DNA of 64,000 bases from Kudoa neothunni (GCA_964304625.1 OZ199840.1:1838532-1902531), one strand, 5' to 3'. Positions 13,897-27,596 are shown, counted from the stretch's first letter. Made by a program: numbers and translations. The notes: generated by a model not told the origin, from the sequence alone.

Positions 13897-15402
13897 CCCT
13901 CTAATGCGAGGGCTCCCAACCGTTTTTTAAAATTTACTTACTATCTCGGATGCCAAATTCATATTTACTTTAAGGTTTTATGCTGGTTTAACTAAGGCCA
14001 AAGCTATTTTCATGGTAAATTCTAATCCACAAATAATGTATGCCTGTGCAATGATAGCTTTTGATCCTAGTAACTCTTATTCACAAACTGTCGAAAGATT
14101 TATTTTTTATATTCTGCTAAATATAATTATTTTTTGGCCATTACCTTGCTCGTAGGGCAAGGAATAATTAAAAATAGCCAACATTAATGGCTCTTAAATA
14201 TTATTAACTATTTAAATAGTTACTTTAGATATTATTATTATTATTAATTATTATTTGGCTACATCTCTAATAAATAAACGAGGCATAAAAGAAAGAGACT
14301 GATAGTAGCTTTATAAACAGTTGTTAAATACTCATTCCTAAAAATATTTTAAACGTTTCTGACAACTTACTATTGAATTGAGTTTAATAGCCCCAAATAA
14401 TATAATTCCTTAGACATCCTTATATAAGTCACAAACCACGTCGGTCAATAATTGCTCCTATTTAATTTTGATGCTACATAATTTAAAACCAGTGATTTAA
14501 AATTTACTCCCGATTGAGAACCTCTGCTCTAATGGATTTGAGTTAGAAATCTACCCCAATGAGACTTTGTTTATTGTATAATTCGTTACTTATAGTTTCA
14601 AACTTTCTGAGATTACCTGTATTCCTTCAAAATAATTTTATTTAGATATTAAAATATAATAACAATTTTTATCTATTGTATTGGCGGAAATATTCATTTT
14701 CCACCCTCCTAGGGGCTTTGGGGTAGAAAATTACCACATAATTTTTTAGCTAAAATTAAAGACCAAATAATTCCGAACGTAAATGATGGGTTTCAAGATT
14801 TTAAATAATCTAGATTTTCCGATATAACGCTTACAAACTTTAAATAAATCACGTGATTCTATATAAAAACGTTTGTTGGTGATGCCACTTTTCGAAGGGA
14901 ATTCTTGAAATAATAGCAATATTATTATATGGCGTACTAATGGAGAGAATCGTGGTAACCGAAAATCTTAAACCGCTTTTAATCTCTATCCTAAGAAGAT
15001 GGATTTACAACCAACGTTGAGTGCACAATTTGCAATAAATGTTGGTGTTAGAACCATCTAATAAATGTTTTTGAGTCTTGTTTGCATTAGATGCGTTTTG
15101 TTTATGACAAACAAATAGGCTAAGTAATTATGTAGATTAATATTTTAATTTTAAAAGCTTTAATTAAAACAACACACAACCGATCGAAATCAGAACTAAA
15201 AACTAATACTAATATGACGGTTGTTGACGTTAGTATTATTCGTAGGATTATCGGAATTATTAACGAATTTATTTGCGCTATAACTCTTTACTCTTTTTTT
15301 GCATCCACCTAAATCTTCAATATTTCTTCTAACGGAATTTTTTTGTAACGAAAGATAAAATCAAAATATAGGGTAAAAACTACCCCAGAGTTCATCGGAG
15401 TG
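13897..15402. mobile_element. Degenerate piggyBac-type MITE, interrupted in its left TIR by a hAT MITE
   Basis: TTAA-CCCTCTAATG(insert)GATTTGAGTTAGAAATCTACCCC, with an approximate inverted copy GGGTAAAAACTACCCCAGAGTTCATCGGAGTG at 15371-15402. Confidence 0.45.
13907..14526. mobile_element. hAT (Buster-type) MITE
   Basis: 8-bp direct repeat CTCTAATG at 13899-13906 and 14527-14534 (central TA). Termini CGAGGGCTCCCAACC ... GATTGAGAACCTCTG. Confidence 0.7.
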
Positions 15403-15424
15403 CAGTCGATTATCAGTCCATTAA

Positions 15425-17898
15425 CACTTGTACTTACACTCTGGGTCCAATGGACCCAGAGCATGGTTGTTGTTTATATTATGGCTCTCTCAATAGAGTC
15501 AGAAAGTCAAAATTTAGTGTAGCTTCCTGAATATTTAGGTTGTATTTTTATTCATGTTTGTATGATCTAATAATGTCTGGGTGGTTTTTTATTTAATCGA
15601 AAAAAGGTTACACCCTCTTATGTACAAACTGGGTCCAATGGACCCAGTAGAATTACTTGACAATTAACGCTTTTATAGAAATAAAAACCAATACAAACAA
15701 CAAAATATATTTAATGGAGAAATCTGAAAATCCAGATTTGATGGTAACAAAATAAAATATCTCTAAGTAATTGCACCTTTGTTTGTTTCGAGCCATGTTT
15801 AAAAATTATAAGTTGTTGCATACTTTACAATAATTTCTAAAATTTTCAATTATAATATTAATTTATTATAAATGAAATTATAATTTTATACGTTGAAATA
15901 TCTAGGCATAGTTATTAAGGATAGTAACAAATTATCCTTTGTCGCCCTCGTGTAATTGCTAATGTGTATAGAATGTTAACCCTTGATGATGCAATAAAAA
16001 TGATTTTGGAAAACTCAGGAGATTCTAACGTGAATGAGAATCTGTCTTCTGATGAAGAAATAGACAACGTTATAGAAGAACCAGTTTCAAGCGATTCGGA
16101 GAATATTTCTGATATTGAACAATCTCAAGAGGAAACTCTGTTCTCAAGAGACAAATTAATTAAATGGGAGACGAAAATACCAACTAAGGCGGTTAGAACA
16201 AGAAACCACAATATTGTAACGAATTATAAATCTAGAATGCCAAACGAAGTTAGGGAAAAAATATTTTCACCATTGACTTCATTCAAAAGTTTTATCGGAG
16301 ATGACATTCAAAAATAATAATTTCGACAAATACATTTATGGAAAAGAGAAACAATAAAATAAAACTTAACGATTTTGATGTTTGGAAATGGATAGGTGTT
16401 AATTTATATCTTGGAACAATGAAAAACAGAAACTCTTCATTACAAGATTTATGGAATAAAGAAAAAGGTTTACCGTTTTTATCGAAAAGTAATATATCTT
16501 TAATAAAATTTAAATACAAAAATGTGGAAATAAAATTTATATATTTTATAGTAATATCATATCGGAGATATAGAATTATCTCTGAAAATATTCGTTTCGA
16601 TAACCGCGTAGAGCGTGACCCTCAGAGAAAAGACTCACCAATTAGTTTTGTATGGGATCTATTTATAAATAATTGCTGAAATAACTACATACCATCAGAG
16701 CAATTAACAGTGGATGAACAGCTTTGCACAACAAGGGGTAGTGTGAATTTTAAAATTTATATACCGAGTAAACCCAGAAAATATGGCATCAAAACTTCGG
16801 TCTTGGCGGATGCTAAAAATGCTTACTTGTGTAATGACCACATTTATACAGGAAGATCATCAAATGGTCCGGAGGTAAATCAGGGGAACGAGTTGTCAGA
16901 GAACTCGCAAGCCTTTATCTAATATCTAGATAAAGGTAGAACTATAACAACTGACAATTGTTTCACAAGTTTGAACCTGTCAAAATATTTAAGAGGCCGT
17001 AAGACAGCCCTAGTTGGAACTGTGAGAAAGTCACATAAATTTTTACCTACGTGCTTTCAACAGAATAAAAAAGAAGTTGGATCTCAGTTTATTTTTCATG
17101 ATAAAATCACTCTTGTTAAGTTCTGTGAAAATACAAATAAGTCTGTTTTGCTTCTCAGTTCTCTAAACAATGACAATAACATTGAGGAAGATGGGAAGCC
17201 CCAAATAATACATTACTACAACCAAACTAAGGCTGGCGTCGATGTTCTTAATCAGCTTATTCGATTCTACATTGTAAGGAGAAGAACTCTGAGATGGCCA
17301 CTTACAAATATTCTATAATATGATTGACATTTCTGGTTATAACTCAATGCTTGTATATTTGGAAAAATATATTGAATTTAAGTTAAAATACAAAAACCGT
17401 ACTAGGCGGCAAATTTACAAAATTTAGTTGATGAAATTGTAGAAGCATACGGTAACGATAATAGTGACCCTTCGCTTATCGAACCATCAAAAATCTATAG
17501 AAAGAGTGAAAAAAGAAGATGCCGGTTGTGCTCCTATATAACAGACATAAAAACTAAGACGGTCTGTTCTAAATGTGGAAAAAACGTTTGTAAACGACAT
17601 TATTCAGTTTTATGTAAGAATTTTCATTGATTATTTATGTTTATTATAAAACTAAAAATTCACACTAGTATATTTGTGCTGTCATCCACGTCAGTAATGG
17701 CGTCGTGTTATATCTTGTTTTTTACAACTTTGCGATAAATTATTAACATGACATTAAAAATAAACCAATAAGAAATTTTCTTTTATATTTATGGCATATT
17801 TATAATCAGTTGGGCAGCGTTAAGTCCAATTTTACCGACTGGGTCCATTGGACCCAGTTTGTTCAGTAGTGTGATTTTTTGGGGCGTACGTACGAGTG
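15425..17898 (+). mobile_element. Full-length but inactivated piggyBac DNA transposon
   Basis: TTAA TSDs at 15421-15424 and 17899-17902. TIRs CACTTGTACTTAC / GTACGTACGAGTG. Subterminal palindrome CTGGGTCCAWTGGACCCAG at 15441, 15629 and 17839. Internal transposase. Confidence 0.92.
15964..17630 (+). pseudogene. piggyBac transposase pseudogene (DDD domain plus C-terminal Cys-rich domain)
   Basis: Motifs IRFDNR, DEQL..TRG..FKIYIPSKPRKYGIK, TTDNCFTS, LVGTVRK, YNQTKAGVDVLNQ, RRTLRWP and RRCRLC..VCSKCGKNVCKRH. Frameshifts near 16310, 16895 and 17315; stop at 16677. Confidence 0.9.
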
Positions 17899-20587
17899 TT
17901 AAAGGGCGATCTTAAGTATTAAAAGAGAAATTTAAAAATAATTAACACAGAAATACTTTTGCTTTAAATATTGCATTGGCATATATGTTACATTGTATGG
18001 GTCGTACAGTGATGAGTGGTATTTTTGTCCGGAATTATGATTAAATAGTTGTTCCGATCTCCGGATAATCGAACATTTATTAGCACGTAATTTCAATAAT
18101 ATTCAAATAAAATTTAAAATATTTTCCGGATAATCGACGTCGGATTGCATCTCAAAATATCTCAAGTTATAAAAATTTCAAGAAACATTCTATTTTTTAT
18201 AATTCAGAACTCTTCATACAAAATCAGTGAATATAACATAATTGCTTTCTAATAATCATAATATTGAGAAATATATATAAATTCACACCGTTCCCATTAA
18301 AATAAGAACTCATCAGTTCGATTTATATCTTATTTTTTAAATGTTAAATCCAATTCTGTAAACTATTGTACGGCACTGATAGATTTTAATTGACCAGCTA
18401 CATTGTAAAAATTTAATTATTTAACAATTAGCCTTGAGGAATTTTCAAGATAAATCCCTAACGATATTCACGAATTTGCTATTTCATATATTTTTTAAAT
18501 AGATTATCAACAATAAATGATATTTCTTTACATGCTTAATTTAGTTATAAATAACGATATTTATTCCGTTTGTTAATTATTTTTAATGTTTTTGAGTAAA
18601 AATAGAAATAATAATAATTGTTTCGATGGAGGAATAATCTAAGTTGCTTATCTTAGCTTAAGTTAACCATAAAAATTCATGAAGGTTCAAGTAACGTACT
18701 ATAACCATATCAGTTATTTATCCAAAATTTTTACACTTTCCTTGATTTTTAATTATATAAACTTTCAATTTTAGAAATCTAATTTTTTTGGATTTTCAAA
18801 TATTAGGAAGAGAACAATGTTAAATGATTTCACTCGTAGGTAACGTCATCAAACTACGTACTATTCCACCAATGTTTCTTTCTTCATTTCCAATTTATTT
18901 TTTATAATTGAATAATAATTTTAAATAAAAATATTTTGAAGCTTTATTGTTAAGAAAATAATAGAAAAATTGAACTGGTATCGAATAATTAGATTATGCA
19001 CAAAGGACTCGTTATTTTCTTTATATTATCTTATGTATTTGCTTCATGTACTCACGAAAATTTTATTTGCTTATAGATTCATAAAACCAGGGAAAATCGT
19101 ATCATTTATTTCATAGGTCGTGGCAATAAAATATGCGTGCCTATTTTATTTTTCGTTTACTTGTAGTAATTATATTTTAAAATATTTAACAAGTATAAGT
19201 ATACGATTATCAACAGCAATAAATATAAAATTCTCTCATATATAAAATATTTAATGTATTAAATGGCATTTTTTAATTGCAGTTTACAAATTATAATCCC
19301 TATCGTTAATCCCTATTATGTGATGGGATTATAAGGCGCCATATCAGATATAATAATGCAACATTAACTGGTAACCATTTACTAAAAAATATTTATAAAA
19401 TATTAAGGAGTAAACTGTTATATGAAAGAGGTCAGACATCAAAGTGGTAAATGATCTACAGTAGTATCCAATTTCTATAAGACAATAGGCTAAGCTTAGG
19501 TCATTCAATGTTTTTTAAATTAAGCCGAAGATTTTATAATGCAACATTTATTTTTACATATAATCAGTTTCTACTTCAAGCATTATCATAATATTTTGTC
19601 AAAAAAGCTATATATGTGGATGATATGTATAATTGTTCAAAAAATAAAGTATTTTAGCAATTATGGTTGTTAATCCTGTATTAATTTATTCAAAGAATCG
19701 AAGAGATTCGTATAAAAGTATATAATGATACTAAGCGATTATTATATATTTCGAAGTGAATTAATTTATTTTAAAGTAGAAATATCAAATAGTGATCGGC
19801 ATTTATAATTATTAAATTTAGATATAATGAATGTCATCGTAATATTTATATTGTATAAAATACTTCTTTTCTATATTTTACAATTTATTATTTTTAAATA
19901 AATTGTGCCTAATTCTCAATAGAGGAAACAAAAGATTACGATATAAATAATTTTTTTAAAGTGAATGAAACTTACAATATTTGTACAACAAAAAATCTTG
20001 AACTTAAACTTTCTATTAACTAAAAACCTCGTCATATAATAGAATTTCATTTTTGGGGAAACAATTCGACTTTAGCGTAAAAGAATTTCCAATCGTTTTC
20101 AAATAGGTAACGCCCATAAGGCGTTTTACTTCAGGAATATCTATAAATAATGAACGTAATAAATCACTATAATAGAATTATCGTTAAACAGTTATTTATT
20201 GAGATATTGTTGAATTAATTTTTTTAATTGTCATTGTTAATACATAAATTTAATTGATAAAGTTTTAAATTTTTTAATTATATTTTTTAAGAAAAAACCA
20301 AATTTAATTTAACCCGACGGTAAAATTAATTTTAACCAATTTTATTTATGTAATATCCGATAAAATTTATAATTTAAATTAAACTAATTTTTATACTAAT
20401 ACTCGCATATTATAATTTGAGAAATAGATCAATCTCACGTAAATCTTAATCCGTTATTACATTAATAAACTATATGCTTTGTTTGATATTAATATATTGT
20501 TTGAATCGATAAATCTTATCGATTCCTCTATGATTCGTCCATAAAAAACCGCTGAACTAATGAACAATCTTTCATATTAATGACAAT

Positions 20588-21560
20588 ATGTGTTGGACAT
20601 CAGCATTTGCTTTGATTATTCATTGTATCTTGTTTGAGTTTTATATATTATTCACTACAATTAGATACAGTTAATTTTATGAGCACCGTTCAGGAATCGG
20701 AAGTAAACTCTTACAATTACTCAGCTTATGTGAATGAAATGACTAAATTTGCATAGTTAACGTTAACCGACAGAGCAAAGAGAGATCTATTATCTAATTT
20801 AGAGACGTATTATAGAAAATTAAGCCCAAATTCTCCACAAGTAGTTATATAGAGCAGATCTAATTTCTATGCCCGTAGCTTCAATCTATCGCGGAAATTT
20901 TTCGTGATATAGACGTATTGCCTCAAATGTATCCCAAAATGAATGTTTTTATCGCATATTATGCAAATTGTACTAAAGATCTTGGTATTTGTATTGAGTT
21001 CTTTATTCTATTCAAAATTATCTATAGTCAATAACTTTTATGATGAGCGGGAGAGACCTTTTATGTGCGTTGTAACAATTTTGAATGTTGATAACACATC
21101 TCATTACAATTAGATGATTGAATATATAGGTTGCAGGACTGCTTTAACAAAAATTAATTCTTCTGATTTGAATTTAAAATATTGAAAGGGTTTTTCGTTA
21201 TACCTTTTTGCAGATAGATGAAAGTTGTATACATAGGGCGGAGGATAAATGTGGAGCGACACCAGATGATGTAATGTTTCCTTCCTATACATCGACTAAT
21301 GATATGATGGTTTTTTATGATACATCGTCCGATCAAACTGTTCCTTATTACAATCTCAATCCAACCATACGTATAATCTACCTTGTTCGGCAATTGTAAT
21401 ATTATTATTCTAATATCATTTTATAGTTGAGATATTCAAACATACTACAAGCAAGCCAACAAATGAAAACAATATTTTAACCCAATATTCTCCACTTTAT
21501 AAGAAATCTAAAGCAAGAACCACCGTTGTTACTTTCGAATTCAATCGAAATCGAAATTAG
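20588..21560 (+). CDS. Secreted Cys-containing protein A (about 8 exons), paralogue of the 26312-27596 gene
   Basis: Signal-like MCWTSAFALIIHYTVNF. Spliced core LTLTDRAKRDLL..YPKMNVFIAYYANCTKDLVNNFYDERERPFMCVMIEYIGC..CIHRAEDKCGAT. Intron positions and phases are shared with paralogue B. One junction near 21130-21213 is unresolved. Confidence 0.7.
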
Positions 21561-22389
21561 TTCATCATTTGATACGTTGGAAATTCGTCTGAAATGTATC
21601 TACTCCTTTCGGTCGAATTATTAGTAGAATTGATAATTGTTTGGGCAGCATCTAATTATTTCTTTCCTGATTTTTTATCAATAATTTAATAATAATTTGT
21701 AAGAAAATTTCATTACAATTTTTCTACTTTGGATTAAATGAATATAAAGTGATTAAGATTTAATGTTTGACTTACTCATAAAAAAATTTTAGCGCTTATT
21801 ATTATACAAAGAGGCATAAAAAATATAAATTTGATATAATTTGTAGTCAATTAACATTTAATAATGTATTTAATGTTGAATTCTCCCCAAAACTAAATTT
21901 TAATTGCAGGTCCTGTTTTTAAGCCAAAACATATAATTTTGAATATGCTTTAAGAATCTTAAATCTTTCAGTCCAGAAAATCATGTAATAGGAACATATT
22001 TTTTTAAGCACAGAGTAATATTCGGTTTTATGATAATAAAAATTTAGTTCAAAATTTCGAGAATACTCAATGAGAAACACCATGAATTTAAATTTTAAAA
22101 GTTGCCATATGGCGACATTCGGAGATACCTAATTCCAAATTCCTGTAAGGCTCATTTTTCTGTAGAAAAAGCACTCCTTTATTTTATAACATATATACAT
22201 TTAATAAATTTCACAATAAAGCAAGAAATATATAACTTTATACGTTTATTTTGGATTAAAATTTAATTTGATATTTCAGTATAGATGAACATAACATTTC
22301 GTGCATATAGTTTTAGGGTTTACTCCACAGAACTTGCATCAACCGTTCGTTTCTACATACTAGGCGGGGCGAGATATCTATATACATAT

Positions 22390-23535
22390 TCTATATATAT
22401 ATATAAAGCTTAAGTATTAGTGTGTGTGTGTGTGTGTGTGTCAGCAAGTACACATGTGTGTCAAAATTTGTTCTTTATCGAAAGACGTTTACGAAATTTT
22501 TTAAAACTCACAATGTTTCAAACAATCTTTAAATAATTTTCACACTAAAAAATATTCCCAAAATAGTTTAGAAAATGGTGATTTTGTCGATTCAAAGATT
22601 GTTTATCGGATTCCCTTAGTTTAACAATAAGATTAACACCTGTTTATGCCATGATAATGGTCAGTTGAGGTTAACTTTTCTCCTTATATGCTTTATCAAA
22701 TTTAAATAAGCGATATCATCTGACTTTCTATATAAAAATGGTGCTTCAATTTGGATGTTTGTGCAAATACACTCCTTATTTGTGGAGTTTTAACGTATAT
22801 GACTTGATAAATATATTTTAAAGTTCTATCAATGGTTTAAAATATGAGAAAAATTCTATATTTACAATATTAATAGCGAGTTGATAGTGAATGTTGTAGT
22901 CAGATACATTGATGTATTGTAATGCGAATATTGTGTCCGTAAATTTCGTTGAAATCGTCCGCTAAGTCTAACTTTCCGTGATTAAACTCAACGCAGATTG
23001 CTGTACTTTTATTTAACCCAGTTATTCAAATAGCTTATGTTGAAGTTGACCCGATTTGTGGCTGTTTATGGGAAAAAATGCGTTAAGCTTTTGCCGGGTC
23101 AAGGGATATTAATTTGAGTAGTAGAAATTAATTTTCGTCTATTTTCTTCAAACTCTATATCTTTTTCTATTTATTTGTCCCCCTTAAGCAGTAGTGCACG
23201 AACTTTCGGGGCTGGGTCAAAAATAACGTTTAGAGTAACATTTTAAAGGGATTTAAATTATTCGAAATTCAAACAAATACGACATTGACAATAAATTATT
23301 TAGCGTTCGTACTGGGTCACGAGATTTTTGAACGAACGCCAGGATTGATATTTTCCTTCACATAAATAATCATAATTTAAATTTCGCTAATCCAAATCGT
23401 TGAAAGTATGTCACTGAAAATTTTTTAGTTATTTTGCATGGATAGTTTAGTTTGAAACTTCAATTTTTTTTAATATTATTAAGAAACGTATCTACGCGAG
23501 ATCTTCCCCAAGCAACGCTGGAGAGTTACACCTAG
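22390..23535 (+). mobile_element. Non-autonomous Helitron-like element; a second 3' end lies at about 23770-23798
   Basis: Starts TC(TA)n..(TG)n and ends with a GC-rich degenerate hairpin CCCCAAGCAACGCTGGAG followed by CTAG. A related end CCCGAGCATAGCCGGG..CTAA is at 23771. Weak Pif1-helicase-like remnants (YAM..., RILCP). Confidence 0.5.
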
Positions 23536-26311
23536 CATATATATAAAAAACAAACTTAGGAATTTCCCAAGATTGTGTTCCAAGAGACGGTTAAAATGTC
23601 AAAAAAACAGATCAATTTTTAGTTGTATTTTTTAGCGTTTAAGTTTTCATCGATATCAACCTTCAGGTGAACGGGAGGATTAGAACCACCTGGGTGGAAG
23701 TTATGGGCGATAAATTTGTATATGGATATTATATTGAAATTTCTTCCCCTAAATTAGATATTCCTAACACCCCGAGCATAGCCGGGTATTACGGCTAATT
23801 TTGTCTAAACGTGCATCAGGACTCCATTTTGGTCCCAACAGATTATAGATTTATTAGTTAAAGAGATCGGAAAAATAGCGGTATCATAAGTTGGTAGTCT
23901 TCTTATTTATTTGGTGATACATTGATGCTTCATTCGCATGGGTAAATTGTTCGCTTACTGAGAGTTTGAAGTATAAGAAAAGATAAATAATACCTCACTG
24001 GTATATCAAATAGTAAAAATTATCGATTATATCCGGGCATTCGTCAAGTATGCACAACCATATTTCTCACAAGAATATTTTCTTAAACATCTCTCGGATT
24101 TGAAGTAAGTGTATGAAGAACCATTACCAAGTTGATAGCCGCTATTTTATCTATGTTTGGATTCAAGTTTTATTTTATTTAGGTAGTTAATTCTAATGAT
24201 ATTTTGTAGATTATGATTGTATCTACCTGTTGAGCTCAAGGGGAAAACAGAATAAGTCAACATGTCAGTTAAAATTGAGGCGAATAATTCATGGTGCCAG
24301 ATTTTCTTTTAAATGGAATTATTCGTTCAGACGTACATTAATCTTATTCTGACTCAACTTTATGTATTTCTCCCTAATCATATTTCGCATAAATTTCACG
24401 TTAAATAAACTAATCCTAAACTTTGCTGATTTTAGACGTCCCTATTATATTGTTATTACAAAAACATATATATTATTGATTGATTCAAAAGGATCCGTAG
24501 ACAAATTTTTTTTATTGGATTATAATTGAGTCGATTAGACCGATATCCCCTTAAACGTGATAATTTGATTATCGATATACCTATATGCATTAAAATTTCT
24601 TTTTTTCTATTCCTTAACTTTAAATTGTTTTCTATAGTATAGTAACTAATTTCTTGGCAAATGAATTTTTACTATTTATTCTAAAGAAATTGATTAAAAT
24701 TTAAATAAGGATTTAAAATGTCTGTGTTCAAAATTTTTTATCTAATAAAAAACATCAGCTAGTAATATTTGACGCAATTTTTACATAATTAGACTGATCG
24801 CTTTTGTATTTCTTTTATCGAAACTGACATCTAAAAACATATCAATGTTAGTTATTTATTATACCGCCTAAAATAATCTTAGATTTTTTCCCTATTACCA
24901 TGATGAAATGATATAAAGCCCTTAATAAATTTATCAAAAAAACTGATTTAGAATATTAGATTCGACATCTATCGCAAAAATGATCTTAATATATATGAGC
25001 CGAATGTTATGACATGGCACAAGAGTTAATTAATCCTTGAACTCCCATTCCTATAAATATTTATGCGCATTTAGTTCAAATAGAATAAATTTATCTATAA
25101 ATTAATTTTTTTATAGAAAATCTACTCATAATAAGGTTGTATATTGATCAATGAAATATAACCTGTTTATTATTTCTAAAAATACTTGATTATTTCATAT
25201 TTTATTAGTATAAAAATTTTAAACTATTCCTATTTTATTTTTATGAAATAAGATAGAATTAGTTAAAAACAATTGTTGAAAAAATGATTCTAAGTATTGT
25301 ATATTCTTTGAGAAATTTGTAAATCAGCCCAACACCACCTGTATGATTTTCTTCCCGTCATACCCACTCAAGAAGAAATGATTAAAATTTGTACTTGAAC
25401 TTCGATTAAAAAACGTTTTTTCTATAACATTTGATGAAGTGGGTAACGGCAATAAATCTTTTTTACTATTTAGAGAATTTTTTTATAATTTCATTCATAA
25501 TGGTTCGCATATAATAAAAAACTCAAGTAAATTTTTTAGTAGCTTCATTAGGTGTTCTCGATATATTCAATAACTAGATAAACCAATTGAAGTTAAATAA
25601 TCGAATTCCTTTTTTCAATCCATTTAAAAGTACACCATTAATCTGATGTTAATTAGGGTTCATCGTGGGTCATAAAAAAGCTCATTGAGTACCGGATTAG
25701 GCCTGCGGGCCGTGGTTTGTGCACACCTGTCTTAAAGAGTAAAAGAATAAATAAGTGATGTAAAATGTGTTTAATTTTGTACTCTAATTCCTGAAAATTC
25801 CATTTTTTATTTTATAATTAATATTTGTTGATCTATATTAATAATATTGTTTATAGTCGTTACATTAGATTTCCTTCTAATTCAATACCCTTATCCATGT
25901 TAATTTTACGTAAGTTTTGACTGATAGTTTTTGTTATCTGTATTAATACATTAAATAATACAACGATTTTAAGTCTTGCAGCTAGAGATAAAATTACTTA
26001 AATAAATTACTATCTTGAACTCTCTTGTTTTATTGAATAATATTATTTATTTTTAAATTTAATTGATGAATTAACTGCCGAGTGTTTTCGCTGAAATTTT
26101 ATTTATATAGCGCATTTAATTTTATAGAAATATTTAAACTAATTGTTTTATTATTCAACTACTTTTTATTCTTAAACTAACAATAAACTTTAAGTGTATC
26201 ATATTTGGAAAATAAATTTAGTTTATACTTGTTATTGTAACATAATAATAAAATTAAAAGCTTAAACCACAGAAACACTATACCTCAATTAAGTACTAAT
26301 TACTGATAGAA

Positions 26312-27596
26312 TCAATTATATATGATGTTAAGAATGGATAATTTCTTTCGGAATTTTCTACCAAAAGGGTACCTCTTCTTGAAGATATTGTTTTCTATAT
26401 TATCTTTATTCCTCAGTTTCTTAGATTTATCACCTAAAAGGTTATATTATAATTATTATTTAATAGTAAAAGTTTATTTAGAGTAAATCATACTGATATA
26501 TTGATCCGCTTCATAGAAGAAATCAAACTCAACATCAGCCATGGGAGGGGAATCAACTTGAGTAGCCTTCTGTGGAAGATGGGTCCGCTTGACTAACAGC
26601 TGCGGTGGAAACTTCCGTAGTCATAGATACAGTGGAAGATAGTTCGACTTGACTAGCAGCTTCGGTAGGAACTTCCGTAGTCATAGATTCAGTGGAAGAT
26701 AGTTCGACTTGACTAGCAGCTTCGGTAGGAACTTCCGTAGTCATAGATTCAGTGGAAGTGGGCTCCACTGTGACACTTGTAGACGAGGAGGAGTCAACTT
26801 GGATGGCAGTTGTGGACGATGATGCATCTTGATCCTGTGGAAGCACAGGTGTGGAAGAGGAAACCACTTGTTCAGCCAATTCACTTGAACGCATCACAGC
26901 GTGTAATGTAGTGCCACATTTTTTCTCAGAGTCATCAAGACACCAATCACTGTGCTATACAAATGGTAAAACAAGGAAAAATTAATTTCATCACTTTATT
27001 TGGGAAAGATCCGATTTCAATGAAATACCTAAACAAACCGCGTATTTAATGGCCTAGGTCGAATTAGTAATTCTATCGACGTTATAAATTTTTACCACAC
27101 AAACAAATGGTCTTTCATGTTCAAGATAAAAGTTGTGGACTACAATAATTTCGATTCAAAACCAACAAGCTCAAAGCCTGATAATACTTGTGTTTCCGGT
27201 GCAATTTCCATAAAAACGCATTATATCTTCTCTTTTGGGATATATTGCAAAAAGTCTGGATATATCTTCCCACGAGTCCACAATCACTCTACGCTGAAAA
27301 AGGTAGAATCGAAATTATTCCGAATTGTGAATACTTCTGCACCAGATGATTGTGCATTCCAATAAACTCGTGTACCGCGAAGTAGGTCTCCTTTTGCTTG
27401 TTGAGTCAGATTAACCTATGCATTTTTACTGTTTAACAAGTGTAACAAACGTATTATGGATTATAGAAACTTTTGTTTACCCCTGATACTTGAGCGGTAG
27501 ATTCGAAGTTAAATGTGACTAAGAATCATTAAAACATGTGATTTATAATAAGATAGTACAAAGAAAAATTGGACCAAATATCAACATCCAACTCAT
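26312..27596 (-). CDS. Secreted Cys-containing protein B with a Ser/Thr-rich mucin-like repeat tail; frameshift near 26570 gives an early stop at 26553
   Basis: Signal-like MSWMLIFGPIFLFTFNF. Core VNLTQQAKGDLL..IYPKREDIMRFYGNCTGNTIHNFYLEHERPFVCVAIKYAVC..WCLDDSEKKCGTT, then the S/T/E-rich ORF 26553-26897. Confidence 0.75.
26585..26760 (-). repeat. 60-bp coding tandem repeat x3 (STESMTTEVPTEAASQVELS)
   Basis: Sequence lines 26581, 26641 and 26701 repeat at a 60-nt period. Confidence 0.95.

Larger units (their letters stand above)
13529..18147. mobile_element. Outer pogo/Tc1-type non-autonomous element containing nested insertions
   Basis: TA-CAGTCGAACCTCGATTATCC at 13529 and a degenerate inverted copy GGATAATCGACGTCGGATTG ending at 18147. 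Confidence 0.5.

Noticed and set aside
15964-17630. Stop-codon reassignment or a domesticated PGBD gene
   Set aside because: Frameshifts accompany the stops, TIRs and TSDs are intact, and host genes translate cleanly with the standard code.
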